Origin: a virus
Virus record (IMG/VR): IMGVR_UViG_3300015203_000002
Coordinates: 1 to 62,147 of that record
Direction: 5' to 3' (one strand)
DNA: 62,147 nt
The notes beneath the pieces were generated by a model that worked only from the letters and a program-made list of their open reading frames with translations, searched no databases and had not been told where the DNA came from. Positions 32,825 to 41,083 of the stretch are shown piece by piece. The number at the start of each line of letters is the position of its first letter. The first letter of the stretch is position 1. The translations under genes were made by a program, and so were the position numbers.

Positions 32825-33249
32825 TCCAACAAGCGCGTATCTACGATCTCAAGAAATTGTCACATGAGCAGCAACGCGCCGAGTATGGTGTGCGTGTGCT
32901 CACCACGAGGAAGTGGCTACAAGGGATCAGCAAAAATGATATAGATATATGGCTCCCAGAGGCAGGCCCGTCCCTTGTGCTCCTGAGTGCGTGGCGTGCA
33001 CAAGAAATCACGTGGGAGACATTTGTAGATCACTATAAGGATGAGCAGCAAACGTTACGGGAGTGTCGTCCATCACACTATGTACATCTGGTGAGCGGTG
33101 CATTTGCAAAGCGCTTCACCATTCACGTAAGTCCTATACAGTATCTAGCCAGTCTCTCGATGACAGCACTGGTAACCGTGTTATGTTGGGAGCAGGGTGA
33201 ACAGTGCCATCGGCATACGCTGGTTGATCTGGTGAGAGGTGAGATATGA
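32821..33249 (+). CDS. DUF488 (YeaO-like) family protein
   Basis: RIYDL...YGVRVLTTRKWLQGISKNDIDIWLPEAGPSLVLLSAW...WETFVDHY fits the remembered DUF488 pattern. Confidence 0.5.
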   Translation: MIQQARIYDLKKLSHEQQRAEYGVRVLTTRKWLQGISKNDIDIWLPEAGPSLVLLSAWRAQEITWETFVDHYKDEQQTLRECRPSHYVHLVSGAFAKRFTIHVSPIQYLASLSMTALVTVLCWEQGEQCHRHTLVDLVRGEI

Positions 33250-33470
33250 AAGCAGAGTACAATTTTGCCCAAGCGGTAGCAACGGCTAATTTTGCATCTA
33301 GCCAGTATCATGCCCACTACTACGGATGTGAAGACTGTCAGCATGCGCAAGTCTACGAAGACAAGTACTTGCGTTGCTATGATGGCATGCGCCTCTATGA
33401 CAACCGGAGCAAGTGGCGGCGTCGCTGTAAATATGCCGCCCGTCGTGAGGGAAGGACAATCACGATATGA
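33246..33470 (+). CDS. Hypothetical Cys/Tyr-rich protein (74 aa)
   Basis: ATGA coupling. Confidence 0.55.
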   Translation: MKAEYNFAQAVATANFASSQYHAHYYGCEDCQHAQVYEDKYLRCYDGMRLYDNRSKWRRRCKYAARREGRTITI

Positions 33471-33679
33471 AACTGAAAATCTACTCAATCCGGTTTGACA
33501 GGACGCAACCCACTTTTAACGGGGTCTCGTCGTGGTGTGAACAGATATACCAAGCGCTTGAGCACGCAACAACGGTACTAGCAACCATGCCGTGGGGCAA
33601 CCTCAGTGAATTCGGAGGTCGCAAGAAAGTGATTGAAAACTTGTATACGACGTTACGCCTGAATGCATACGCCCGTTAA
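33467..33679 (+). CDS. Hypothetical protein (70 aa)
   Basis: ATGA coupling. A terminator follows it. Confidence 0.55.
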   Translation: MKLKIYSIRFDRTQPTFNGVSSWCEQIYQALEHATTVLATMPWGNLSEFGGRKKVIENLYTTLRLNAYAR

Positions 33680-33685
33680 ATTTGA

Positions 33686-33862
33686 TCAATGCAAGAGGTT
33701 GTCACCCGGCAGCCTCTTTTTTTTGTGCCCATTTCCCTGTATCAGAAACACCTTCGCTAACCAACGACCGATGAACGTCTTTTTTAGTTCCGTACGTAGC
33801 ACTGCCTCAATCGTGTCAAGTTCTCGCTTGATGCGTGCGATCTCCTCGTTAAATGTTGGCAT
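33686..33862 (-). CDS. Hypothetical small protein (58 aa)
   Basis: MPTFNEEIARIKRELDTIEAVL with AGGAGAAGGGAAG RBS. A TATACT -10 lies at 33893..33898. The 3' end overlaps a plus-strand terminator. Confidence 0.4.
   Translation of the reverse strand: MPTFNEEIARIKRELDTIEAVLRTELKKTFIGRWLAKVFLIQGNGHKKKRLPGDNLLH
33693..33725 (+). terminator. Rho-independent terminator ending the 30.8-33.7 kb operon
   Basis: AAGAGGTTG-tcacccgg-CAGCCTCTT-TTTTTTG. Confidence 0.75.
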
Positions 33863-33903
33863 GGCTTCCCTTCTCCTGACTGTCATAGAGAGAGTATAGC
33901 ATG

Positions 33904-33948
33904 CTGAACGTGCCACGTTCAGGCAGTATCAGAAACGTCCGAATACTG
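33904..33948. promoter_or_regulatory. Two adjacent dyads: the perfect 19-bp palindrome CTGAACGTG-C-CACGTTCAG and CAGTAT-N13-ATACTG
   Basis: Read directly. They lie between the divergent small gene and the recombinase-operon promoter. Confidence 0.6.
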
Positions 33949-33988
33949 ACACATCTTCCCTCCCATCACAAACACGTGCTCAACCCCC

Positions 33989-34018
33989 TTGACAGCGTGT
34001 CAAAACTTATGCTATAAT
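33989..34018 (+). promoter_or_regulatory. Promoter TTGACA-18-TATAAT
   Basis: ccccTTGACAgcgtgtcaaaacttatgcTATAAT. Confidence 0.7.
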
Positions 34019-34073
34019 CATAATATCAAAACAAACGATGATTAATGAGTAAGTGAGACAAGAGGAGATTGAG

Positions 34074-34277
34074 ATGAAAGACAACGTAACAGTTACTGGA
34101 TCGTGGACGCCGTTATCTACATACCGCGCCATTGTGAAGCGCAGTTTGCATGATGGGGATTGTACCTTGTGCCCCGCATGCAGCGAACCCGTATGGGTAT
34201 TAGAGCCAGATCGACACGTTTGCTACGGGGTTTCCGCTCGTTACGCACAAGTTCTTGATTTGAAGGATTTGACATGA
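34074..34277 (+). CDS. Hypothetical CxxC protein (67 aa)
   Basis: Start chosen at MKDNV after AGAGGAG. CTLCPACSEP. Confidence 0.55.
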   Translation: MKDNVTVTGSWTPLSTYRAIVKRSLHDGDCTLCPACSEPVWVLEPDRHVCYGVSARYAQVLDLKDLT

Positions 34278-34540
34278 GAGTGACGGGAAAAGAAATCTAT
34301 AGCAGGGTGCATCACAATTATGATGTGGATGATTCCGACACGGTGGAAGAGGAGCGGTTACGAGGTATGTTAAAACCTGTAACATCGCTACGTCGTATCA
34401 CGCCGCGTTGCTGTGCCACTTGTGCATACCTGAAACCCGGTGATGGCTCAGCAGAATGCTTGCGCCCACAGGGACCGGGATTTGATACGGGTGATGGGGA
34501 GCACTACTTTCGTGTGTGCAATGGTTATAAACAGGGGTGA
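34274..34540 (+). CDS. Hypothetical Cys-rich protein (88 aa)
   Basis: ATGA coupling. RCCATCAYLKPGDGSAEC. Confidence 0.55.
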   Translation: MRVTGKEIYSRVHHNYDVDDSDTVEEERLRGMLKPVTSLRRITPRCCATCAYLKPGDGSAECLRPQGPGFDTGDGEHYFRVCNGYKQG

Positions 34541-34543
34541 TTT

Positions 34544-35104
34544 ATGGCTAGAATAGGGTATGCGCGTGTCTCCACCCACGAGCAAAACAAAGAGCTACAA
34601 ACCGATGCGCTCACGAAAGCCGGGTGTGAGCGTATCTTCAGTGATGAGGGTGTGAGTGGTGCAAAAGCGGAGCGCAAAGGACTGAGTGAAGCGCTTGCGT
34701 TCTTACGCCCCGGTGACGTGTTTGTCGTGTGGAAACTAGATAGGGCTGGTCGCTCACTCATTCACCTGATCGATCTGCTGAAAGGGTTGAAAGAGCGCGG
34801 TGTGGAATTCGTCAGTCTCACTGAGGCCATTGACACGACCACCGCAGGCGGGAAACTGATCTTCCACCTGATGGGCGCACTCGCTGAATTTGAGCGCGAT
34901 CTTATCCGAGAGCGTACACATGCCGGTCTTGCGTCAGCGCGTGCACGGGGTCGTCACGGCGGGAGGCCGCGCAAGATGAGGAATGGCAAAGTGGCACTAG
35001 CAAAGAGTCTCTACGCTGACAAGAGCCACGAGGTGGATGAGATATGTGCAACATTGGGTGTGTCACGTTCAACGTTTTACCGATACGTGAAACCAAGCGA
35101 GTAG
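34544..35104 (+). CDS. Small serine recombinase (resolvase/invertase family)
   Basis: 186 aa. MARIGYARVSTHEQ carries the catalytic Ser motif. VVWKLDRAGRS. C-terminal HTH is ICATLGVSRSTFYRY. Confidence 0.9.
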   Translation: MARIGYARVSTHEQNKELQTDALTKAGCERIFSDEGVSGAKAERKGLSEALAFLRPGDVFVVWKLDRAGRSLIHLIDLLKGLKERGVEFVSLTEAIDTTTAGGKLIFHLMGALAEFERDLIRERTHAGLASARARGRHGGRPRKMRNGKVALAKSLYADKSHEVDEICATLGVSRSTFYRYVKPSE

Positions 35105-35174
35105 ATTTACATATAATTCGCGTTACAAATATAGCAAAATGCCCAACGCGGGTATAGTGGGAAGGAAAATAATC

Positions 35175-35348
35175 ATGTCAACCTGTGAACATTGTTCAAA
35201 GACTGCGGTGACCATGCAAACAGTTGGGGTAGGGAAGAGCGCTAGGAGGTTTCCTGTATGCTGTGAACACTCCACGCGAGGGAAGAAAAAGAAGAGTGTT
35301 GATCGTGTTCAGTTGAATCGGTTATTAGGCTTACAGGAGAGAAAGTGA
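35175..35348 (+). CDS. Small Zn-ribbon-like protein (57 aa)
   Basis: MSTCEHCSK...PVCCEH. GGAAGGA RBS. Confidence 0.5.
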   Translation: MSTCEHCSKTAVTMQTVGVGKSARRFPVCCEHSTRGKKKKSVDRVQLNRLLGLQERK

Positions 35349-35566
35349 CCTGGCACGACGTTCTCGCAACCGTTGACACCGCGATCGAAGACCTGAAGCT
35401 GCTGATGAACACCGACCCACGACACGGCGTATTCTACCAGCAACGGTTAGCAGTGATGTTGAGACGAAAGATGGATATTGTATGGCATATAGCAGATGAG
35501 GAGCAAGCGATTGACACCAACACAAGCCAAGCAGGAAGCACTCAAACGGGCAAGGGGAGTGCTTGA
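35345..35566 (+). CDS. Hypothetical protein (73 aa, GTG start)
   Basis: ORF overlapping the next ORF by 56 nt. Confidence 0.45.
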   Translation: MTWHDVLATVDTAIEDLKLLMNTDPRHGVFYQQRLAVMLRRKMDIVWHIADEEQAIDTNTSQAGSTQTGKGSA

Positions 35567-35723
35567 GGCATATCGCGATGGAGGCGGCCTCGACGAGCAC
35601 TATTCTGATTCTCCATTAAGCGAAGTCAAAGAGATAGCCGCTCAATTTCAAAAGATCATTGACGGGATCGACAATCGGATTAAGCCAGAAGAACTATTCT
35701 CGCTACGGGAGGTGAGCATGTGA
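35511..35723 (+). CDS. Hypothetical protein (70 aa, TTG start)
   Basis: GAGGAGcaagcgaTTG. The identical 17-mer precedes the TTG start at 36300. Confidence 0.45.
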   Translation: MTPTQAKQEALKRARGVLEAYRDGGGLDEHYSDSPLSEVKEIAAQFQKIIDGIDNRIKPEELFSLREVSM

Positions 35724-36022
35724 ACACCGTAATCATAACTGAAATCACGAACCGACCTGAGACGCCGCCTGGCAGGGATATCGTGCAAGATTTCTACGAA
35801 TTTGAACAGGTAGACCCCGCGTCAAGCGACACGTGGGAGCCAATACCCGATGATCAGTTATCAGAGTTAGAAGTACCGGGTCAGGATACCATTCCCTACG
35901 CCGCGTGGAAAGTGACTACCACGTGTGGCAGATGGATGGTGTATAACTGGTATGAAGCCTATGCAACGGGCACGAATGACGATCTATGGTTGTATGACCG
36001 CATAGCGGATAAGGAGAAATAG
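35720..36022 (+). CDS. Hypothetical acidic protein (100 aa)
   Basis: GTG start after GGGAGG. Confidence 0.55.
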   Translation: MNTVIITEITNRPETPPGRDIVQDFYEFEQVDPASSDTWEPIPDDQLSELEVPGQDTIPYAAWKVTTTCGRWMVYNWYEAYATGTNDDLWLYDRIADKEK

Positions 36023-36023
36023 T

Positions 36024-36287
36024 ATGCCATCAGAAAGCAAAAAAGCATCCATTGAACACGCTTACACGTATCACGCCCCAAAACCAGGACAACAGGAAAA
36101 ATATGTTGCTCTCCGAGAGAAGGGGAAAGAACTCGCCTATCTTGTCGAGGAGTTCAGAGAACTGATTGTTCATCTGACCCCTGTCTCTTTTGAGCAATCA
36201 ACCGCCCTGAACATGCTTGCCACGACTGAAGTGCAAGTCAGAACAATGGTGATGTGGGCGAATGCCTCTATTGCTACAGAGAAGTAG
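36024..36287 (+). CDS. Small helical phage protein (87 aa), a widespread uncharacterised-type motif
   Basis: AYTYHAPKPGQQEKYVALREKGKELA...LTPVSFEQSTALNMLATTEVQVRTMVMWANASIA. Confidence 0.6.
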   Translation: MPSESKKASIEHAYTYHAPKPGQQEKYVALREKGKELAYLVEEFRELIVHLTPVSFEQSTALNMLATTEVQVRTMVMWANASIATEK

Positions 36288-36299
36288 AGGAGCAAGCGA

Positions 36300-36587
36300 T
36301 TGAAGCGTAGTGTAGCGATGCAAGCAGCGACACAGCCAATGAAAAAGTATCACGTCTCAGGCACCTTCAGTTACTTTCCTGATGGTGCAACAGATGAGAA
36401 ATTGAAGGCGATTGATACCACTGTTGTTGCACTCAACGTAAATCAGGCAGGGGAGAAAGCGTTAGAAGAATACGATGTGATTGAGGGTGAAGAACCCACG
36501 TGGCTGTTTGGCTATCCTACCGTTGACTTTCTTGAGGATGTCTATACAGGTGAGTCGATACGCGATTATTGGATGAAAGCAAGATAG
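36300..36587 (+). CDS. Hypothetical protein (95 aa, TTG start)
   Basis: GAGGAGcaagcgaTTG. Confidence 0.5.
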   Translation: MKRSVAMQAATQPMKKYHVSGTFSYFPDGATDEKLKAIDTTVVALNVNQAGEKALEEYDVIEGEEPTWLFGYPTVDFLEDVYTGESIRDYWMKAR

Positions 36588-36601
36588 AGAGGAGCAGAGA
36601 A

Positions 36602-36934
36602 ATGGACAAAGAACAACGACAGCGCATGGCTAACCGTACGATCATTCAAGAAGGGGAGCCAGAAGACATCGAATACACGGTGCAAGTGTCTGGTGATTGC
36701 GTCGAACTGCACCAGACCTATCCGCAACCGTGGGAGAATGAAAGCGGATCGGGACCGGATATCTCGCATGAAGTCTGGACGATGAGCCTGGACACGTTCA
36801 AGCGATTTATGACGGCTGCTCGGTGGTGCATTGAGAAGTCGGAAGCGTTTGAAGCCTCACATCCTCAAGAGGACAAGGTACTCGCTGAACTGGCACGGCA
36901 ATTGCGCAATGAGAGGGATACAGGCGAGCAATGA
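36602..36934 (+). CDS. Hypothetical protein (110 aa)
   Basis: Start chosen at MDKEQRQ after AGAGGAG. Confidence 0.55.
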   Translation: MDKEQRQRMANRTIIQEGEPEDIEYTVQVSGDCVELHQTYPQPWENESGSGPDISHEVWTMSLDTFKRFMTAARWCIEKSEAFEASHPQEDKVLAELARQLRNERDTGEQ

Positions 36935-36944
36935 GGAGCATAAC

Positions 36945-37250
36945 ATGAGCGACTACACACCAGACCAGATTATAGCGCGTGTCTCTGATTGTGCCAACAA
37001 CGAGCAACCGCTTCCACTGGACATACGCTTACGATTGATGGTGGAGTTGAGTCAGGCCATGAGGAAACAAACCCACGCACTCGTCTGTAGCCAGTGTGGG
37101 AAGCGCGTCTCCCTTACCCCTGCTGATGCCTATTGTTGGCGCGTGGGTGCAGAGGAGTTAGACGTAGTGGTAACATGCAGGGTGTGCAAGACCGGGATAA
37201 TAAACCTTGTTTCCACCGAAAATAGCGATGGCCGGGAGATAACGCACTGA
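36945..37250 (+). CDS. Hypothetical Zn-ribbon-like protein (101 aa)
   Basis: GAGGAG RBS. CSQCGK...CRVCKTG. Confidence 0.55.
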   Translation: MSDYTPDQIIARVSDCANNEQPLPLDIRLRLMVELSQAMRKQTHALVCSQCGKRVSLTPADAYCWRVGAEELDVVVTCRVCKTGIINLVSTENSDGREITH

Positions 37251-37307
37251 GACGCCCGTATCGCGTTCTCTTATAATGACGTGCAATCACCCACCAAATC
37301 AAATACG

Positions 37308-37345
37308 CACCCTCCTACGCCGTTGTAGTGAGGGTGTTTCCTTCT
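37308..37345 (+). terminator. Terminator-like hairpin ending the rightward early arm
   Basis: CACCCTC-N15-GAGGGTG-TTTCCTTCTC. Confidence 0.45.
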
Positions 37346-37458
37346 CTCAAATATGGAGACGGGAAGAGATACCGTACTCTCTCTCATGATCTCCCGTCAA
37401 GATCCATGAAAGCACTCATTGCATCTCTCTGAGTGAAACACTCCCTATAAGTATACTC

Positions 37459-37908
37459 TCATAGTGTCGATGGTGGCAGGACGATCGGTTGTGGCGTTGG
37501 CGGCGTTGCTGCTTTGGCATCTTTCATCAGTTGTGTCAATGCGCCCACGCTGGTATGCAAGTACGCCGTTGGATCGCTGCTCTCTGGCAGTGCCGCCACC
37601 TCCGTAGCACCTGTTTGCTTCAACCCTCTCACTAACGCCTCAATCGTAGCATCCACATACGACGGATCGATCGTGATGCCCCACGTTTTGAGTGCGCTCT
37701 CGACAATAGCGGTCGCTTGTCGTTTCTTCTGATCGCTGGTGAAACCCATTTGTTCAGCAGCTTGTATTGCCGTATGTGCTGCCTGTATGAGCAATGCCTG
37801 TTTGTTCGCAGGCAGATGCGAGAGCGCGGCTTGATAAAAGTACACGACCAAGCCAACAAGTGGAGGGACACCGGTTGCGATGAGTGCGATGATGATAGGT
37901 GTGGACAT
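37459..37908 (-). CDS. Holin, LL-H-like family (putative)
   Basis: N-terminal TM is PIIIALIATGVPPLVGLVVYFY. It is followed by LIQAAHTAIQAAEQMGFTSDQKKRQATAIVESALKTWGITIDPSYVDATIEALV, as in the LL-H holins I remember. Confidence 0.55.
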   Translation of the reverse strand: MSTPIIIALIATGVPPLVGLVVYFYQAALSHLPANKQALLIQAAHTAIQAAEQMGFTSDQKKRQATAIVESALKTWGITIDPSYVDATIEALVRGLKQTGATEVAALPESSDPTAYLHTSVGALTQLMKDAKAATPPTPQPIVLPPSTL

Positions 37909-37942
37909 GAGTACCCCTTTCTTTTCAGTATAGCCACTGCCT

Positions 37943-38509
37943 CTATTTTCCAGTGAAGTGCATGATGAGCGCTACCAGCGTGCCTGTCAGACCAGCCGCG
38001 CCCACGATATACCCCCACAGTGTATTTGCCCCTGCGTGCTTACCCCCACCTTCGGCACGTGACTCACGTAACCCCGCGATCTCTTTGCTGAGATTTTCGG
38101 CCCCCTTTTCCATTGTCGAGCGCAGTGCCTCAAGTTTGCTGTCATAGTTGGTTTGTATCACCGATAACTTCTCGTCAATGGACTTGAACATCGCCATTGC
38201 TTCTAAACGTGACATATATGTCTTTTGAAGGTCGGCAAGCGTTGCGCGGAACTCATTAACGCTTTCAAAACGTTTGTCAGAGGCTAGTTCAGCCTTGAGC
38301 ACAGCACGTTCAGCCGATTTGAGCGCGGCTTCCATCGCTGTCTGTTGCGCTGTGAGTGCCGTGTGCATGGCTGTCTGCTGTGCCTCAAAACGCTCGCTAT
38401 ACTTGACATCATTGCTAATCATGAGTGCGAGCAGGTACGCCCTGAGCGTCTCAATAGTCCACCCGCCCTTGTCTTCCACTGCCGTGATCGGTGATTTCTT
38501 TTGCAGCAT
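37943..38509 (-). CDS. Coiled-coil protein with a C-terminal TM anchor (possible lysis accessory)
   Basis: Start chosen at MLQKKSP, 6 nt after GGAGG. The C-terminus is TLWGYIVGAAGLTGTLVALIMHF. Confidence 0.6.
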   Translation of the reverse strand: MLQKKSPITAVEDKGGWTIETLRAYLLALMISNDVKYSERFEAQQTAMHTALTAQQTAMEAALKSAERAVLKAELASDKRFESVNEFRATLADLQKTYMSRLEAMAMFKSIDEKLSVIQTNYDSKLEALRSTMEKGAENLSKEIAGLRESRAEGGGKHAGANTLWGYIVGAAGLTGTLVALIMHFTGK

Positions 38510-38515
38510 GACACG

Positions 38516-38633
38516 CCTCCTGTGCTCAGTATAGCGACCGGTCAACAAGTATTCGGTACAGGCGAAAACTGGTGTGGAAAAGGCTTGACATAATAACGAG
38601 ATTGTGTTAATATAAGAATGTACCAAGTGAGGT
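38516..38633. repeat. Divergent-promoter intergenic module, copy A (homologous to 41084..41197)
   Basis: Shared blocks are CCTCCTGTGCTCAGTATA, GAAA(A)CTGGT, AAAAGGCTTGAC and CCAAGTGAGGT, in the same order and spacing. Confidence 0.8.
38585..38613 (+). promoter_or_regulatory. Promoter TTGACA-17-TAATAT (cassette A)
   Basis: Read directly. Confidence 0.65.
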
Positions 38634-38672
38634 GCACACAAAAACAATCATTCATCACAAAGGAGCCACAAA

Positions 38673-38912
38673 ATGGCAAACAAAAATACATACTCACACA
38701 TCCTACACTTTACTAACAACACTCACATGGAGCATGCCGAAGCAGGCATCTCCACTTTCACCAACACTCTCATCTCATCTGAGGTCGCCGAGTTTGACGG
38801 CGATGAGGAATACGAGGTATTCTTCACAACCTCCAAACCCTTACCACAAACCACTATCAACAAATATCTCAAATACATCAACACTCCAACCAATTACCAA
38901 TTCAACTATTAA
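38673..38912 (+). CDS. Hypothetical protein (79 aa)
   Basis: AAGGAG RBS. Confidence 0.6.
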   Translation: MANKNTYSHILHFTNNTHMEHAEAGISTFTNTLISSEVAEFDGDEEYEVFFTTSKPLPQTTINKYLKYINTPTNYQFNY

Positions 38913-38957
38913 CCATTATCGGGTGGGTACTCACTCCCACCCACGAAGGAGAACGAG

Positions 38958-39329
38958 ATGACCACTGCCACACAAACCACTTTTAGGGCGATCTACACCT
39001 GTCGTAACCGCAATTGCAAGCACGTGTGGGCGCTGGATTATCACCATGAGGGTACCGACCGCCTCGGATGCAAGACCGGCACACGTGAGTTAAATACTGG
39101 TGAGCAAGAGGCACGTGAAGATGCTTACACACAGGGGCGTCGTGCCTGTAATGTAGACGTGATGGGAGCATTGAGGTGTCCTGAATGTGGGTGCAATTTG
39201 CCAAAGGGTGGACAGGTGCAAGGGCGCTATAGTGAGTCTCATGCGTGTGGAGCAAAGTGCAGAGGAGCAAAAGGACCGAATTGTGAATGCCAGTGTGGTG
39301 GTGAAAATCACGGCATGAATTTTCTTTAA
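38958..39329 (+). CDS. Cys-rich Zn-binding-like protein (123 aa)
   Basis: CRNRNCKH...CPECGC...HACGAKCRGAKGPNCECQCGGENHG. Confidence 0.6.
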   Translation: MTTATQTTFRAIYTCRNRNCKHVWALDYHHEGTDRLGCKTGTRELNTGEQEAREDAYTQGRRACNVDVMGALRCPECGCNLPKGGQVQGRYSESHACGAKCRGAKGPNCECQCGGENHGMNFL

Positions 39330-39340
39330 GGAAGGGTGCA

Positions 39341-39541
39341 ATGGAAAAAGTGATCAGTGAAGTGGCTCAGGAATACGACCTGAGCCGCTTCACCCTCCAA
39401 CAAGTGGCATCGAAGGGAACCATACCCGCTCGTCAATCGGGTGATATCTGGCTCATCGACGACGATACCGAAGAGTTCAAATCGTGGCTTGCCAAGCATC
39501 GCAGCCTACCGGGAGGAAAAAGAGGGAGGAAAACGAGATGA
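39341..39541 (+). CDS. Excisionase-type HTH protein (66 aa)
   Basis: VISEVAQEYDLSRFTLQQVASKGTIPARQSGDIWLI. Confidence 0.6.
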   Translation: MEKVISEVAQEYDLSRFTLQQVASKGTIPARQSGDIWLIDDDTEEFKSWLAKHRSLPGGKRGRKTR

Positions 39542-39924
39542 CCACTACCACACAGACCAAAGTTTGCACACGATGCCAAGGCACTGGTAAGCACAGTTTC
39601 AATGTCAAGGACGGTACCGTGTGCTACGGTTGCTCTGGCTCCGGAAAGATTGTAAATAGCCAGAGAGGGAGACGTGAATCTTCCCTCTCTCTTTTTGCCT
39701 CAAAACGCGCCTATCCCCTTAGGCGTCCCCAATCCAGTCGGGCCATCATACCCTTTCCCCGCATTGCACAAGTACGCTGGTACACATTCCCCATTGCTTC
39801 CACTCACGATATCATTGAAATCTCGATAGTGCGTATACAACCGTTCACCCGTCGTCTCACGTGCATTGCCTGCAAGCGCATAGACCCCTGCTATAATGGG
39901 AGACGATGCACTAGTACCCCCTAG
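39538..39924 (+). CDS. DnaJ-type zinc-finger (CxxCxGxG x2) small protein; 3' end uncertain
   Basis: MTTTTQTKVCTRCQGTGKHSFNVKDGTVCYGCSGSGKIV. There is no in-frame stop before terminator 39662..39696; the frame stays open to 39924, antisense to the protease gene. Confidence 0.35.
   Translation: MTTTTQTKVCTRCQGTGKHSFNVKDGTVCYGCSGSGKIVNSQRGRRESSLSLFASKRAYPLRRPQSSRAIIPFPRIAQVRWYTFPIASTHDIIEISIVRIQPFTRRLTCIACKRIDPCYNGRRCTSTP
39662..39696 (+). terminator. Rho-independent terminator (cassette A), homologous to 43101..43141
   Basis: AGAGAGGGA-N11-TCCCTCTCT-CTTTTTG. Confidence 0.75.
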
Positions 39925-41079
39925 CATCAACCATCCCGTAGCATCCCCATACGTGCTATACACCGCCACGCCCGTACTAGGATCACCCACTGCTGAGACA
40001 TCCACGACCGACCTCCGTTGACACCCTTGGTCATTTTGCCAGATCGGTTTACTCACATCCTTGCTGCACCCGCTCCCACTGCCATACCACGCTGTCTCTT
40101 GCCACCCTCGTGCATTGTGGGCGACTGAAAGCGTGGTGCCACCGACTGCCGTTACACTGCCATAGGACGCCGGTACTTGCACGCCATAGCCACCATCGCC
40201 ACTAGACGCCGTGATAACCACACCAGGATGATCGTAGTGCACTGCATAGCGTCGTGCCGTAGCATCCTCAGTCACCCCGTAACTATTGGAGACCACCGTT
40301 GCACCTAACTTGACCGCCGTATCGACACCTTTCCCGAGATCAAGGAGTGACGCGCTGGACGCCTCCACGAGCAAAATGTGACAGAGAGGACACACTGCGC
40401 TCACCATATCAAGATCAAGCGCAATCTCACCAGACCAGCCGCTATCCGTGCGTGGGCGACCAGTTCCACCCCATTCGTTCACTTTGCGAAAACACCCGTT
40501 CCGTGTCGTGCAAGCAGGTAAATGGAAGGTTGCGCGGTACACGGCGAGATCGTGTTCAGCTTGCGGATCATCGAACGCATCGACAATAGCGACCGTTTGG
40601 CCTTTGCCGCGTGTCATTGACGGCAATGAATATGCTGATTGCAGGTTGGCAGGGGTTAACCCGCCGCCTGTGTGCGCGTCCTTGGTCACTCCCACTGCGG
40701 TGAGCATCTTCCACAATGCAGGATCAGGCACACGCACATGTTTGGTTGTGGTGCTGAGGATCACCAGCGTGCAGCCACCCTGCAAAATACGTGCCTTGAG
40801 GAGCGGTGTGTGTGTACCTTGTGAAAAGTTCAAGATCCACTCTGTTCTCACATACGTCGGGCACACGCCAACAGATGGCTCAGGAAGCGCTAACAGGTGG
40901 GTATAGAGCGATGCGATAGCAGTAGGTGACGTGACGACGGATGGGCCTGCACCGGTACGTGTAGGAATGCGGGTAATGATGAGACGGTTGGGGATAGGGC
41001 TGGTAGTAGCCTCCACAGGCGACGAGCGCAAAGATGAGCAGAATAGCAATAAGAGCAGTGCGATATGTGAGCATTTCAT
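39700..41079 (-). CDS. Secreted sedolisin/kumamolisin-like (S53) serine protease
   Basis: 459 aa. Signal-like N-terminus. LTPANLQSAYSLP, QTVAIVDAFDDPQAEHDLAVY, GEIALDLDMV, ASSGDGGYG and LGGTSASSPIIAG are typical S53 motifs. Confidence 0.75.
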   Translation of the reverse strand: MKCSHIALLLLLFCSSLRSSPVEATTSPIPNRLIITRIPTRTGAGPSVVTSPTAIASLYTHLLALPEPSVGVCPTYVRTEWILNFSQGTHTPLLKARILQGGCTLVILSTTTKHVRVPDPALWKMLTAVGVTKDAHTGGGLTPANLQSAYSLPSMTRGKGQTVAIVDAFDDPQAEHDLAVYRATFHLPACTTRNGCFRKVNEWGGTGRPRTDSGWSGEIALDLDMVSAVCPLCHILLVEASSASLLDLGKGVDTAVKLGATVVSNSYGVTEDATARRYAVHYDHPGVVITASSGDGGYGVQVPASYGSVTAVGGTTLSVAHNARGWQETAWYGSGSGCSKDVSKPIWQNDQGCQRRSVVDVSAVGDPSTGVAVYSTYGDATGWLMLGGTSASSPIIAGVYALAGNARETTGERLYTHYRDFNDIVSGSNGECVPAYLCNAGKGYDGPTGLGTPKGIGAF

Positions 41080-41083
41080 AATG

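Noticed and set aside
33686-33916. The full 76-aa version of the minus-strand ORF.
   Set aside because: The upstream part covers the -10 and the palindrome. The internal ATG at 33862 has a strong AGGAG RBS, so the shorter form is preferred. Even that form overlaps a plus-strand terminator, so confidence is low.
34544-35104. Serine recombinase acting as a Gin/Cin-type invertase that switches tail-fibre genes.
   Set aside because: The gene lies about 9 kb from the fibre genes. I found no inverted copies of a crossover-like site flanking 44.0-45.1 kb. The repeated modules at 38.5 and 41.1 kb are direct repeats, not inverted.
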